64,000 nucleotides of DNA from Candidatus Babeliales bacterium (lineage in GTDB: Bacteria; Acidobacteriota; Terriglobia; Terriglobales; Acidobacteriaceae), in contig CAZZYO010000006.1 of NCBI GenBank assembly GCA_964658255.1, positions 407 to 64,406 of the forward strand, written 5' to 3'. The notes under the pieces were generated by a model, which made no database searches, was not told where the DNA came from, and worked only from the letters and a program-made list of their open reading frames with translations. Of this stretch, positions 1 through 11,400 are shown one piece after another. Numbering within the stretch: position 1 is the first letter of the stretch; the number at the start of each line of letters is the position of its first letter. Both the position numbers and the translations under genes were made by a program.

Positions 1-48
1 GCTTGAAGACTACACCTTTCCCGGAGGAAAGGTCTGGCAAGGAGATAT

Positions 49-927
49 ATGAAGTTAGTCACCTATAAGCACGCTGGCGCAATCAGGCTAGGCGCGGTGC
101 GCAGTACAGGCGGTAGCGCTGACCAGGTCGGCCATGACGTGGCGGTGATCGATTTCACCTCGCTAGGCTACGCGAGCATGGAAGCATTTGTGAGCGCAGG
201 GGATGTGGCTCTGAGCCAGGCGCAGCGGTTGCTTGTCGCAGGTGGAAGCCTGCTCCCGCTGAGTGAAGTCGAGCTCCTCAGCCCGCTGCTCGCGCCGCCG
301 CGCATCTTCTGCATAGGGCTTAATTATCGCGACCATGCAGCAGAATCTAAAATGGCCGTGCAGGCGGTGCCCACTGTCTTCCTAAAGTTGCAGTCGTCGC
401 TCACCGGTCACAACTCACCTATCGTGCTGCCGAAGAACAGCCACGAGCCTGACTACGAGGCCGAGCTGGCGGTGGTGATCGGCAAGGGTGGCGCGCACAT
501 CAAGGATGATTGGCAGGATCACGTCTATGGCTACACGATCCTGAATGATGTAAGTGCTCGTGACGTGCAGTTAGCGACGAGTCAGTGGGTGCTTGGCAAA
601 AGCTATAAGACATTCTGCCCTGTGGGCCCCTGGATCGTTACAGCGGATGAAATCACGGATCCGCATGCGCTTGATATTCTCCTCACCATCGATGGGGAAG
701 CCCTGCAGCACGCGAACACGCGCGACCTGATCTTCAAGCTTCCCGTGCTGATCGAGTACATCTCGTCGATCGTTGCGCTTGAACCGGGCGACATCATCAG
801 CACCGGCACACCGCCGGGCGTTGGCCTGGGACGCACGCCGAAGCGCTGGCTGAAGCCCGGCGAGGAAGTCGCAATCACCATTGAAGGCATCGGCACGCTT
901 ACCAACCGGACGATCGCCGAGGCGTAG
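49..927 (+). CDS. fumarylacetoacetate hydrolase (FAH) family protein
   Basis: 292-aa ORF. FAH-family core motifs are visible (IFCIGLNYRDHAAE, EAELAVVIGKGG, DIISTGTPPGVG). Confidence 0.85.
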   Translation: MKLVTYKHAGAIRLGAVRSTGGSADQVGHDVAVIDFTSLGYASMEAFVSAGDVALSQAQRLLVAGGSLLPLSEVELLSPLLAPPRIFCIGLNYRDHAAESKMAVQAVPTVFLKLQSSLTGHNSPIVLPKNSHEPDYEAELAVVIGKGGAHIKDDWQDHVYGYTILNDVSARDVQLATSQWVLGKSYKTFCPVGPWIVTADEITDPHALDILLTIDGEALQHANTRDLIFKLPVLIEYISSIVALEPGDIISTGTPPGVGLGRTPKRWLKPGEEVAITIEGIGTLTNRTIAEA

Positions 928-934
928 GCCCTAG

Positions 935-2203
935 TCAGGTGCGCACGCTCTCAAGCGCATCGCATGCGCGCTGTAACCCGTCTTCGCCAGCAATCACGCG
1001 CGCTGCGGAGGCTGCGCGTGCCGCATAGTTCGGCTCGCGCTTCAAAGCCCCGAGCAGATGCGCCGCACGCGCGGCACTGTAGTGTTTGCGCGCGATCACC
1101 CTGGCCACTCCCAAGCGACGCATGCGGCGCGCGTTATCCGGCTGGTCATGGCTGTAGGGCATGATCAGCATGGGCTTGCCTGCGCGCAGAGCCTGCCCCG
1201 TTGTGCCGACCCCGCCCTGGTGCACCACCAACGCTGCCCTGGGGAAGAGCAGCGAAAAGGGCGCATAGTCGAGCACCAGTATGTTGGCCGAGGATCGCGA
1301 CCGCGTACGAGTCGCAGCGTCTCCACCGACCAGCAGCACTGCACGCATGTCAAGCATTTCTGCTGCGCGCGCACTTTGCTCGTAGAAATCGCCTGGGTCA
1401 AAGACAGCAGCCGAGCCCAGCGTAAAAACCAGCGGCGGCGGCCCTGCATCAAGAAACGTAACAAGCTCGGGAGCCAGCCTGGTCGCAGCGCCATCGCCGT
1501 CATAAAACACGAAGCCCGTGGTGACGGCGCTTGCCGGCCAATCCGGCTTCGATGCGCCGAGCACCTGTGAAAACAATGCCAGCACCAGTCGCGGCGAATG
1601 CTTCGCGTCAAACAGCGGGCTTGCACCAGGCGGCAAACCAAGTTCCTGACGCAGCGTGTACACCGGCTCGCACCAACTGCGCGTGACCCAGCGTGCAAAG
1701 GGTCGCACCAGGTGCCCGGTGCCGGGGATGACCGACTGGGCGTGCGCGAGCAACGGGTATGGCGGCAGCACAGGCGGGTCCCACGCTGAGAAGAAGGAAA
1801 ACGGTGCGAGCACGTAGGAGACCCAGGCGACGCCGGTGACCTCTGCGACCAGCGGGCCCGCATAGGCGAGCTCGCCCGTCACCAGGATGTCTGCGCCGCC
1901 ATCAGCAGTAACGGCCGCCAGCAGGTCGTCGTAGCTTGCGCGCAGGGCCGGGAAGAGAAACTCCCGCAGACCGCGCTCGGTACCGCGTTTACGGTCGTAG
2001 ATCATCGCGACCAGCGCCTTGTTTGACGGATCCTGCTCCGGACGCATCGGGAAGAAGTCGATCCCCAGTGGCGTGACCTTGGCGCGAAACATCTCCGGCG
2101 CGGCAAGTACAGCGCGATGACCTCGCCTGGCTAGCTCAAGTGCAAGACCAATCAGGGGATTTACATCCCCGGCGCTGCCAAAGGTTGCGAGAACGATCCG
2201 CAT
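935..2203 (-). CDS. GT1-family glycosyltransferase (MGT / UDP-glycosyltransferase-like)
   Basis: N-terminus reads RIVLATFGSAGDVNPLIGLALELARRGH. C-terminal sugar-nucleotide signature reads HQGGVGTTGQALRAGKPMLIMPYSHDQPDNA. Confidence 0.85.
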   Translation of the reverse strand: MRIVLATFGSAGDVNPLIGLALELARRGHRAVLAAPEMFRAKVTPLGIDFFPMRPEQDPSNKALVAMIYDRKRGTERGLREFLFPALRASYDDLLAAVTADGGADILVTGELAYAGPLVAEVTGVAWVSYVLAPFSFFSAWDPPVLPPYPLLAHAQSVIPGTGHLVRPFARWVTRSWCEPVYTLRQELGLPPGASPLFDAKHSPRLVLALFSQVLGASKPDWPASAVTTGFVFYDGDGAATRLAPELVTFLDAGPPPLVFTLGSAAVFDPGDFYEQSARAAEMLDMRAVLLVGGDAATRTRSRSSANILVLDYAPFSLLFPRAALVVHQGGVGTTGQALRAGKPMLIMPYSHDQPDNARRMRRLGVARVIARKHYSAARAAHLLGALKREPNYAARAASAARVIAGEDGLQRACDALESVRT

Positions 2204-2265
2204 TCAGCGCAGCCTCCTCGCGTTCAACAAACGATCCTGGCTGGGTGCAGAAGCGTTCCGCGCAA

Positions 2266-3831
2266 TCAGAAGCTTGCCTCAAAGGTGTGAAACCTGTGTT
2301 CAAGCTCCCACTCCTGCTGCGCTTTTTCGCTGCCCTCAATCAGCGCAGCACACGAGCCGGAGGGCTTTTCCCCGCCAAGCTGCGCCCGGCAGACGGCGAC
2401 CGGTTGGGTGAGAGTTTCGGGAGTGGCGATCGCCCACAAGCCCGCTCCCGGCAAAAAGCTGTGCTCGATCGAGGCTCGCGCCATCTGCTTCAGCTGCAGA
2501 TAGCTCAGGCGATATGTAGCAACGGCTCGCACATATTCGTGTGTCAGGTCGATGCGCGACACCCCTTCATCATCGGTTGCAAGCGCGACCGGCACATGCG
2601 CTGCCAGGTAGAAGGGCAGCGGCTGCTCGTCCCCCTTCACATTCAGGATCACGTCATTGCTGGTCAGATTGATCTCGACCGCGACGTGTTTGTCGGCCAT
2701 CTCCTTCAGCAGCTCATACGGGCGATCCTCGTACATCACGTCTACGCCATGCCCGATGCGCTCGGCGTGCGCGTCCTCCACTGCCGAGCGAATATGGCTG
2801 GTAAGCTCCCAGGGCGGCACGAGCCCCGGGGCGAGCTCGCCGGCGTGCAGGCTGATGTGCACCGTGGGGTAGAGCGCGTGCAGGGCAGAGAGAATCTGCA
2901 TGTCGACTGCATAGTCTTCAAGCGCGCTGCGCCCGTCCTCGGGTCGCACCAGGTTCAGTCCTACAACCCGGGGGTCAGCCGAGGCGAGCTCAAAGCCAAG
3001 CAATATCTGCGCGAAGTCTGACTCGCGGCTTACTCCACGAAGCACCTGGTACACGTAGCGCAGCTTGACCGTGCATCCAGGCAGAGGCGCAGAGGTATCG
3101 CAGTGCTCTCGTGCGCGGCGGTCTGCCTCGGCGCGGTCCAGGTCCGCGCGCATAGCAGGAATGCTCTGCCTGAGTCCTGCGCCCAGCATCTCCCCGCGAT
3201 ACTGCGCAAGGTCGGCCTTGTAGCCGATCTTTTCGGCCATCGCGGCAACCGGCCGCCACTCCGGGGTATCCATCAGCTCCATGTACTGCTCGTTCTGCGC
3301 AGCGGCGCGCGTGGCTACCTCGTCCAGCCACTCGCCCATGTGGCGCTTCTCCACGCCGCTGAAGCGCGCAAAGGTGGCAAAAAAGTGATCGTGCCCGCTC
3401 TCGCCCGTTACGGGCACAAAGGTGCGCATGGAGAAGGAGTCGATCAGCTGGTCGTAGAGGTGTTCATCCTTTAGGACAGCGGCAGCGGGTACGTCACCCG
3501 GCCGGCAGGTGCCGTTCGCCTGCTTGCCTGTCTTGTCAAAGGCAAGTGCTGCCGGGTCCACACACATGCCGTCCTCGGCAGCCTCGCGCAGCCAGGTTTC
3601 GGCATAGATGGCACCCGAGAGATGCACGTGCAGGTCGCCACCCTTGGGCATGCGGACCAGGAACGCGTGCAGCGCCAGCGGTCCTCGTGCTTTCGCGTCT
3701 TCAAGCGCGCGCGCGGCACGTGTAGCGCCGGGTGCAGCAGCCGGGGTATGCTGCGCGTGAGCAGCCACATGCAGGCCAAGCAGCAGGGTCAGGCAGATGG
3801 AGGCCAGGTGGCCGGGTCGTGCGTCATGCAT
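2266..3831 (-). CDS. adenosine/AMP deaminase family protein, secreted
   Basis: N-terminal signal peptide (LLLGLHVAAHA). Metal-binding HVHLSGA, SLHAGE and ATDDEGV motifs. Lies upstream of and on the same strand as the GT1 gene. Confidence 0.75.
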   Translation of the reverse strand: MHDARPGHLASICLTLLLGLHVAAHAQHTPAAAPGATRAARALEDAKARGPLALHAFLVRMPKGGDLHVHLSGAIYAETWLREAAEDGMCVDPAALAFDKTGKQANGTCRPGDVPAAAVLKDEHLYDQLIDSFSMRTFVPVTGESGHDHFFATFARFSGVEKRHMGEWLDEVATRAAAQNEQYMELMDTPEWRPVAAMAEKIGYKADLAQYRGEMLGAGLRQSIPAMRADLDRAEADRRAREHCDTSAPLPGCTVKLRYVYQVLRGVSRESDFAQILLGFELASADPRVVGLNLVRPEDGRSALEDYAVDMQILSALHALYPTVHISLHAGELAPGLVPPWELTSHIRSAVEDAHAERIGHGVDVMYEDRPYELLKEMADKHVAVEINLTSNDVILNVKGDEQPLPFYLAAHVPVALATDDEGVSRIDLTHEYVRAVATYRLSYLQLKQMARASIEHSFLPGAGLWAIATPETLTQPVAVCRAQLGGEKPSGSCAALIEGSEKAQQEWELEHRFHTFEASF

Positions 3832-3862
3832 GCGGACTGCCTCTCAACTGGAGTGGCGCGGA

Positions 3863-6502
3863 ATGATTGCAGCAAGTGTATGGTACCGGGCACGCGTTGG
3901 GGTCATGTTCGCAGCGATGATCTGCGGGATAGCCCCGGTTCAGGGCCAGGCCCCGGTTCAGGGCCAGGCGCAGATGCAGGTCCGGTCAGAGACGCAGGGT
4001 CCAGCCTGGCTCCAGCCGATCGCACCGTTCGCGCTTGCCAGCACGCTCAGCATCCGGCAACCGGCCCAGGCTCTCAAGCCCTTCACGGTTGCAGGCAAGT
4101 GTGGCGCCTTCGTCGGCCAGCAGGATGGCAGCTTCGAGGCGTGGGCCTGGCCTATCAAGCTGCTCTCGCACTTTCGTATCACGGCCGAGCTCAAGGACTA
4201 TACCGTCCCGATCGACGTGAATGACCAGGCTAGCGAGATCGAGGTTGCCCCGGACCACACGACCATCACCTACGCGCATGCGGCCTTCACGGTGCGGGAG
4301 ATACTCTTTGCAACGCCGTGCCAGGCAAACGGCGCGGGCGTGATGGGGCTCTTCCAGGTTGACTCGGTCAGGCCGATGACGCTGACCTTCAACTTCACTC
4401 CGGAGATCAAGCGGATGTGGCCTGCCGCCAACTACAACGCGCCTTCGCCGGAGTGGGTCAGCACCAGCGTCCTACCCGTCGCCGGTGCACAGGCCGGATC
4501 AGCCGGTGCGCCCGGGCCGGGCGGCTACTACCTGCTGCATACCGACTCCGACGCGCTGGCCGGAGCAGTCGCCATGCCTGGCACAGAGCCCGGCATCCTG
4601 GCTCCCTACCAGGAGCGCCCGAAGCATTGGCCCCTGCAGCTGGTGCTGCACTATGACCCGGCGCCGGACGGGGCAAAGTACTTCCCCCTGCTGATGGCCG
4701 CCGGCAATACGGCTCAGACAGCGAGCGCGGCTGCGCTCCTAAGCCAGCTTGCAAGCCAGGGCAGCCAGGTGGCGCAGCTTTACCAGGGCACCGCCACTTA
4801 CTATGCGCACTTTTTTGACACGCGGCTGACCGTCGAGTCCCCTGATACGCATTTTAACGAGGCCATGCGCTGGGCCGAGCTCTCGATCGACCAGCTTCGC
4901 GTGCAGCATGGGGATGAACTGGCGCTGGTGGCCGGGCTCTTTAACTCGGGAGACTCAAACCGCCCGGGTTTCGGGTGGTTCTTCGGGCGCGATGCGCTGT
5001 ACACGCTTTTTGCGGTCGACAGCTATGGAGATCTCGCGTTAACCCGCGAGGAGCTCGCTTTTCTGCTCAAGCGGCAGCGGGCCGATGGCAAGATCATGCA
5101 CGAGTATTCGCAGACAGCCGAGCTGGTCGACTGGCCAAGCCTGCCGTACGAGTACGCAGCCGCGGACGCAACGCCGCTTTTCCTGATGGCTGTTGAGGAT
5201 TATGTAAACGCGAGCGGCGACCTCGCCTGGCTTAAGGAGCACTGGGCTGCCGTTGCGCAGGCCTACACCTTTGAGAGCACCCACGATACCGATGGCGACG
5301 GCATCTACGACAACGCCCAGGGGACAGGGTGGGTCGAGAGCTGGCCGGTAGGGATGCCGCACCAGGAGGTCTACCTGGCCGCGCTCGACCGGCAGGCAAC
5401 AGCGTCCTACGCGCGTCTTGCTGCATTGACGCAGCAACCAGGCGGTGAGGCGGAGCAGCGAGCCAGGGCGATTGCGGAGACGCTCGCGCGCGAGTACCCG
5501 CCGGGGGCAGCATCGGACGGCATGTACGCCTTCTCGCGCAATAAGGATGGCTCGCTCGACACCACCGCGACGATCTACCCCACGGTCGCCTGGTTCGACG
5601 GGCACTATGGCCTACCCGCGCCCGACCGCATGTTCGAGCGCTGGGCCTCGCATGAGTTTTCAACCGACTGGGGCACCCGCGACCTGGGTGAGCGTGAGAC
5701 GTTCTACGACCCCATCAGCTACCACCAGGGATCGGTCTGGCCGTTGTTTACCGGCTGGGCCTCGCTTGCCGAGTATCGTACCGGACGCTCGCTCTCCGGC
5801 TATGCGCACCTGATGCAAAATGCGAACATGACCTGGTCGCAGGACCCCGGCGCGGTGACCGAGCTGCTCTCCGGCGCGACCTTCGCCCCGTTTGGCCGCT
5901 CGACGACGCACCAGCTCTGGTCGTCGGCCATGGTGCTGACGCCTGCTTTGCGAGGGCTGTTTGGCATCACCGTGCGTGACGGGATGGTCACGGTCGACCC
6001 GCACCTGCCTGCGGACTGGAATGGGGCAACCCTGCGCCATGTGCCATCAGGCACGGGAGCCATGGTGACGCTGGTCTACCATCGCGAGGGCGCGTCGATG
6101 ACGGTTCACATGGAGGCCGAGGGTGCAGTCAAGGCTCTTAAGCTTGCGGGCCCGCTTGACCGGGTGGCGGCAGGCGGCGTCTTGAGCGTTCCGCTTCCCG
6201 GGGCCGAGATCGTGATCCCGACAGAGCTGCCCCTGCCCGGCGCACGGACGATGCAGCTCAAGGTGCTGCGCCAGCAGGCCACCGGCAGAAGCGCGAGCTG
6301 GTCGCTTGAGGCCGAGGGTGGTTCAACCTATAGGCTGCCGCTGCGGCTGAACGGCGTGAAGAGTGTGCACGTGGCTGGCGCAACCCTGGCACATCAACCG
6401 GTTGCTTCGCAGGGCCCTGCGCAGAGTTTGCCGGACGAGCTCGTGGTGCATTTCCCCCAAGGAGCGGGGTATACCGAGCAGGTAGTCACCGCAACCTGGT
6501 GA
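3863..6502 (+). CDS. (alpha/alpha)6-barrel glycoside hydrolase, amylo-alpha-1,6-glucosidase (GDE_C)-like
   Basis: Motifs GFGWFFGRDALYT and SYHQGSVWPLFTGW. I moved the start to the ATG at 3863, because the track start at 3797 overlaps the divergent deaminase gene. A signal-like N-terminus follows. Confidence 0.65.
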   Translation: MIAASVWYRARVGVMFAAMICGIAPVQGQAPVQGQAQMQVRSETQGPAWLQPIAPFALASTLSIRQPAQALKPFTVAGKCGAFVGQQDGSFEAWAWPIKLLSHFRITAELKDYTVPIDVNDQASEIEVAPDHTTITYAHAAFTVREILFATPCQANGAGVMGLFQVDSVRPMTLTFNFTPEIKRMWPAANYNAPSPEWVSTSVLPVAGAQAGSAGAPGPGGYYLLHTDSDALAGAVAMPGTEPGILAPYQERPKHWPLQLVLHYDPAPDGAKYFPLLMAAGNTAQTASAAALLSQLASQGSQVAQLYQGTATYYAHFFDTRLTVESPDTHFNEAMRWAELSIDQLRVQHGDELALVAGLFNSGDSNRPGFGWFFGRDALYTLFAVDSYGDLALTREELAFLLKRQRADGKIMHEYSQTAELVDWPSLPYEYAAADATPLFLMAVEDYVNASGDLAWLKEHWAAVAQAYTFESTHDTDGDGIYDNAQGTGWVESWPVGMPHQEVYLAALDRQATASYARLAALTQQPGGEAEQRARAIAETLAREYPPGAASDGMYAFSRNKDGSLDTTATIYPTVAWFDGHYGLPAPDRMFERWASHEFSTDWGTRDLGERETFYDPISYHQGSVWPLFTGWASLAEYRTGRSLSGYAHLMQNANMTWSQDPGAVTELLSGATFAPFGRSTTHQLWSSAMVLTPALRGLFGITVRDGMVTVDPHLPADWNGATLRHVPSGTGAMVTLVYHREGASMTVHMEAEGAVKALKLAGPLDRVAAGGVLSVPLPGAEIVIPTELPLPGARTMQLKVLRQQATGRSASWSLEAEGGSTYRLPLRLNGVKSVHVAGATLAHQPVASQGPAQSLPDELVVHFPQGAGYTEQVVTATW
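3933..3968 (+). repeat. perfect 18-bp tandem duplication (ccccggttcagggccagg x2) encoding (APVQGQ)x2
   Basis: Read directly: 3933-3950 is identical to 3951-3968. It sits right after the predicted signal peptide of the glycoside hydrolase. Confidence 0.9.
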
Positions 6503-6638
6503 GCCTGGTCGCGGAGCACCCTGTTTCCAGGTAGCTCGCCGCGACACGTGTGACTCATGCGCGTGACTAAAGGGCTGTTTCATAAGCCACTGCTGCCACG
6601 GCTCTTGGGTGCGCATGCATCTCAGGCAATGAGGGCCC

Positions 6639-7097
6639 ATGTTCCTGCTCGCTATCCTGGCTGCGCTCGCGGCCGGCGCCGCCAATCCTTTCCAGTCTGC
6701 CACCAACGCCGAGCTCAACAAGCACCTCGACCAGCCCCTGCTGGCAGGCCTGTGGGTCTACGCCAGCGGCTTGCTTGGCGTCCTGCTGCTCGCGCTTTGC
6801 GTACGCCAGTTCTCCTCGGCGCGGCTCGGTAGCATCCCCGGCGCCATGGCGCACGTGCCCTGGTGGGCGTGGATGGGCGGGCTGATCAGTATCGCCTCCA
6901 CCATGGCTGGGCTGATGCTGGCGCAAAAGCTGGGCTCGGGCGTCTTCACCGGGCTAAGTATCACCGCGTCGATCATTGTCTCGGTACTGCTCGACCAGTT
7001 TGGCTGGATTGGCTTCAAGCAGCATACGGCCTCGCCAGGCAGGATCGCAGGATGTACGCTGCTGGTCGCGGGCGTGTGGCTGGTGTCACGCTACTGA
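6639..7097 (+). CDS. DMT-superfamily small membrane protein (YdcZ/DUF606-like)
   Basis: 152 aa, about 5 TM segments. N-terminus MFLLAILAALAAGAANPFQSATNAEL resembles the DUF606 family. Confidence 0.6.
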   Translation: MFLLAILAALAAGAANPFQSATNAELNKHLDQPLLAGLWVYASGLLGVLLLALCVRQFSSARLGSIPGAMAHVPWWAWMGGLISIASTMAGLMLAQKLGSGVFTGLSITASIIVSVLLDQFGWIGFKQHTASPGRIAGCTLLVAGVWLVSRY

Positions 7098-7240
7098 GGC
7101 CGTACTTTGCCCCGCGACCGGCCGGGCGGAGTGGCGCCGAGCTGCCACTGCTTTGCTATACTACGGAAGTTGTCCGGGCGCTCCGGCGCTCGTTGACACC
7201 GCCTGCACCCCACCCTTGCAGGCGTTCTTGGGAATCCCAA

Positions 7241-7315
7241 GGCCAGATAGCTCAGGGGTAGAGCGCGGCCCTGAAAAGGCCGGCGTCGGGGGTTCAAATC
7301 CCTCTCTGGCCACCA
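7241..7315 (+). tRNA. tRNA-Phe (anticodon GAA), CCA encoded
   Basis: Hand-folded cloverleaf: acceptor GGCCAGA/TCTGGCC, D-arm GCTC..GAGC, anticodon stem CGGCC/GGCCG with loop CTGAAAA, T-arm GGGGG TTCAAAT CCCTC, then ACCA. Confidence 0.9.
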
Positions 7316-7640
7316 CTTTTGCAGTCCTTCAGCCTTCTCGCCAATCCTTACTTCCTCACAGCCCGTGAAGCGTGCGCGCTGCTTGCCATGGAACAGGAAC
7401 GTGTCTCTTCACCCTTCTCCGCGTATGCTGCCCCCAAGGCCCGCAGGCTTCAGAACATGGCACGCTGCAAACACCTGGCGTCTTGATTGCGGGCTGGATA
7501 AGGCTCTCCTGAACAACATCGCTGTTTTAGCCTCGCGTGGGCTCGCTCTGACCCTGATTTACCTGGCGCTGCCCAGCAGGAGCCGGCCTCGCTGCTACAA
7601 GCGTACGAGTCGGCTTGACTGAAAGGAACCGTGCGGTGCG

Positions 7641-8261
7641 ATGAAGAAAGAGAGAATGGAAGCTTTCAGCGATGGTGTCTTCGCAGTGGTTATTACCATC
7701 ATGGTGCTCGATCTGAAGACGCCGACGGGCGTGCACTTACAGGCCCTGGCCTCGGTGCTGCCGATTTTTGCAAGCTATGTGCTTAGCTTCATCTATGTCG
7801 GTATCTACTGGAACAATCACCATCATCTTCTACACGCGGCCGACCACGTGGATGGCACAGTGCTTTGGGCAAATCTCCACCTGCTCTTCTGGCTTTCGCT
7901 TGCGCCGTTCGCCACAGCCTGGATGGGCGCCAGCCATTATGCCTCGCTGCCGGTGGCGCTTTATGGTGGCATGCTTCTGCTCGCCGCCGTGGCGTACTTC
8001 CTGCTCACCAGGGCCCTGATCGCACGCCACCCTGTGGATTCCCCACTCTCACGAGCCATCGGTAGTGACACGAAGGGGAGCATGAGCATTGTCATCTACT
8101 TGGTGTCCATCGGGCTCGCGTTTCTCGAGCCGCCACTGGCTTGTCTCGGGTACGGCATCGTCGCCGCAATGTGGCTGCTTCCCGATCGGCGGATCGAGCG
8201 GAGCATCGTGCAAACACAGGAGGCGCAACAGTCCCGGTCAAAGGGTCGCTCGTTTTTGTAA
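7641..8261 (+). CDS. TMEM175-family (DUF1211) potassium channel homolog
   Basis: N-terminal signature RMEAFSDGVFAVVITIMVLDL and six TM-like segments. Confidence 0.75.
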   Translation: MKKERMEAFSDGVFAVVITIMVLDLKTPTGVHLQALASVLPIFASYVLSFIYVGIYWNNHHHLLHAADHVDGTVLWANLHLLFWLSLAPFATAWMGASHYASLPVALYGGMLLLAAVAYFLLTRALIARHPVDSPLSRAIGSDTKGSMSIVIYLVSIGLAFLEPPLACLGYGIVAAMWLLPDRRIERSIVQTQEAQQSRSKGRSFL

Positions 8262-8498
8262 GAGCTCTGCTGCACCAGCCACCTGGCATGGCCAACGGTA
8301 CTCGTGCTCAGGCCAGCCCGAGGAATGGCTGAGGCGGCTCGCCGCATAAAGACACCGACTCTCCACCAGAAGGTGGATGCGCCCTGTTGCTCGTTCTCGA
8401 TAGGCTCACGGGTGGCCTACTCCGGCGCTCGCCTTGTCGTGAACACCCCGGCGGCCGAGACGATAGAGAGAGTAGCGGCTACACGGGTAGAGTAGAGC

Positions 8499-11400
8499 GT
8501 GAGCAATTTTGCAAATCGGCCCAGGCTTGGCAGGCTGTTCTGCGCTGTGCGCCCGCGGTCCAGCGCGGAGCTCGGTCGCCTCGCGCTGGCAGGTCTGCTG
8601 GGCACGTTAGCGGCGCTCGCCGGGTGCAAGCACTCGGTGCCTGAGCCGTCGTCCAAACGCTACGACGCCTTTGTCTCAGCCTTCTACACGGGACTAGCAG
8701 GGCTGCAGGTGGGCGATGACGTGCGCGCGGAGACAGGGCTGGCCGAGGCCGTAGCGCTTGCCCCCGGCGAGCCGGCGGCGTGGGTGAACTGGGGCGTGCT
8801 TGCCCTGCGGCAGCGCAGCTATGAGCAGGCCGCGGACCGCCTGGGCCATGCGCACTCGCTTGCGCCTCACAATGGTCAGATCGACTACCTCCTGGGCCTG
8901 CTTGAAAGCGAACGCGGCAACTCCGCTGCGGCTATTCCGCACCTGGAGGACGCAGTGCAGGCGGAACCGAAGAACCTGCGCGCGCTGTACCAGCTCGCCT
9001 CTGAAATCGAGCGGCAAGGCGATGCCTCGAGCGACCAGCGCTTTGAGCAGTTGATGCAGCAGATCCTGGCTGCTGCGCCAGGCAACCTGGCGGCCGAGTT
9101 AGAGCTGAGCCGGATTGCGGCCAAGCGCGGCGATGTCGAGGGGTTGCGCCGGGCAGTCCAGCAGATTACCGCGCAGGCGAGCGGCTGGCCGCCCGAGGTG
9201 GAGCAGCAGCTTGCGCAGTTGCAGGCAGCCGCAGCTGGTGACGTGCCCCGGTCGGCTGCGACACGATCCATCTTCCTGCGCAACGTATTGATGCGGGTGC
9301 CGAGCTTTCGCGACAGCCTGGCCGACCTGCGCCCGCAGCCCGGCGAGGGCGCGCAGCCAATGATGCGGCTTGTGACCATGCAGAACCCGCCCTCGCGCCC
9401 GGCCGCAGCGGACACGGCGCTTACCTTCGTGTCCCAGGCAGATGCCGGCCTCACCGGCGCACAGGCCTCCACCTGGGCCGGTGCCATCATCCTGGCGGGT
9501 GACGCGGCCCCGGTCCTCGCCGCGGCTGATGGCAAAGAATTGCGGCTGGCGTCAGGCGCGACGTTCGCATTCCCCGGCGGCACCGCGCAGGCCGCTGCTC
9601 TGCTGCCGGAGCAGGTGCTGCCTATCGACTTCAATTACGACTTCAAGACTGACCTCGTGCTCGCCGGCGCAGCCGGCGTGCGCTTCTTTCGCCAGGAAAC
9701 GCCTGCTGCGTTTACCGATGTGTCTGCGGCAACGAAACTGCCGCCAGCGGTCCTGAATGGCAGCTATACCGGCGCCTGGGCGCTCGATATCGAGGCAGAC
9801 GGGGATCTCGACATCCTGCTCGGCGATCGTAGTGGCCCTCCCATCCTGTTGCGGAACAACGGCGATGGAACCTTTGCGGTTATGCGGCCCTTTGCGGGTA
9901 TCGGGGGCTTGCGGCAGCTTGCCTGGGTCGACCTGAACGGGGATGGCAATCCGGATGCAGCCATGATCGACGGGCAGGGCAAGCTGCACGTCTTCCTGAA
10001 CAAGCGCGCTGGCCTGTTTGCTGAGTCGCCGCTGCCTGCCGGCCTCGGAACAGTTCGCGCAATTGCGGCTGCTGACCTTGGAAGCAACGCGGGTATGGAC
10101 ACGCTTAGCCTGGCAGCCGTGCAACAGGACGGCCACCTGGTTGCCGTGGTTGCCGGCCCTTCTGCGTCCGGAAGCTCGTCCGGCGCGTGGTCGATCCGGC
10201 AGCTTGGGCAGGCGCGAGGGCCGCTGCCCACAGGCGAGCTACGTCTCTACGCTGCAGACTTTGACAACAATGGCGCTGTTGACCTGCTGGTGGGGCCCGT
10301 TACGGCAAACGCGAACAGCACGCCGAGCCTGTGGCTGCAGGATGCGAACGGAAGCTTTGCGCCACTCACCGCAGCGATGCCGGGCCAGAGTATCGGTACC
10401 GTCGCCGATCTCAAGGGTGACGGGCAGCTCGCGCTCGTGGGCCTGGGCGGCGATGGCAAGCTCGCGACGGCGACCGCTCGCGGCACCCGCAACTACCACT
10501 GGCAGACGATTCGCCCACGCGCCAAGCAGTCTACCGGCGACCAGCGCATCAACTCCTTTGGCATCGGCGGCGAGATCGAGATCCGCGCTGGCCTGCTAGT
10601 GCAGAGACAGCCCATCACCACGCCGCAGCTGCACTTTGGTCTGGGCGAGCAGAAGCAGACCGATGTTGCGCGCATCCTGTGGCCGAATGGGTCCGTGCGC
10701 GCCGAGTTCGCCCTCAAGGCCAACCAGCAGGTCGTTACCGAACAGCGGCTCAAAGGCTCGTGCCCGTTCCTCTTTGCCTGGGACGGCCACCACATGGGCT
10801 TCGTCAAGGATTCAGTGCCGTGGGGCTCCGCGATAGGGCTGCGCATCAACGCGCTTGGCGCGGCCAGGATCGCTGCCACCGAAGAGTGGTACAAGATCGG
10901 GCGCGACCAGTTAGTCGCTCGTGAGGGTGTCTACGACCTGCGGGTTACAGGCGAATTATGGGAGACTTACTACTACGACTCGATGCAACTTATGGCAGTC
11001 GACCACCCCATAGGCACAGAGATCTTTACAGACGAGCGCTTTGATGTGCCGCCAGTCAAGCTGGCAGTGACGACGGTGAGCGCGCCGCAGCCGGTTGCGC
11101 GTGCGATGGACGATGGCGGACAGGATGTGACCGCCACGGTTGCGCATCTGGATGGCGACTATCTTGATACCTTTGGCCGTGGCCAGTACCAGGGCATAAC
11201 GCGCGACCATTTTGTTGAAGTCGACTTACCGCCCGCAATCGATGCGACACTGGCAAGCGGCAAGCCGCTGTGGCTGATCGCGAGCGGCTGGCTGCACCCC
11301 TCGGATTCGTCGATTAACGTGGCGCTTGGACAGGGCAGCGCGCCGAAGCCGCAGTGGCTGAGCCTCGAGGTGCAGGATGAAGCAGGGCACTGGCGTGTGG

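Noticed and set aside
7241-7640. tRNA-Phe as a possible genomic-island integration site.
   Set aside because: There is no integrase, no direct repeat of the tRNA 3' end and no compositional shift in the 320 bp downstream. The next gene is an ordinary TMEM175-like channel.
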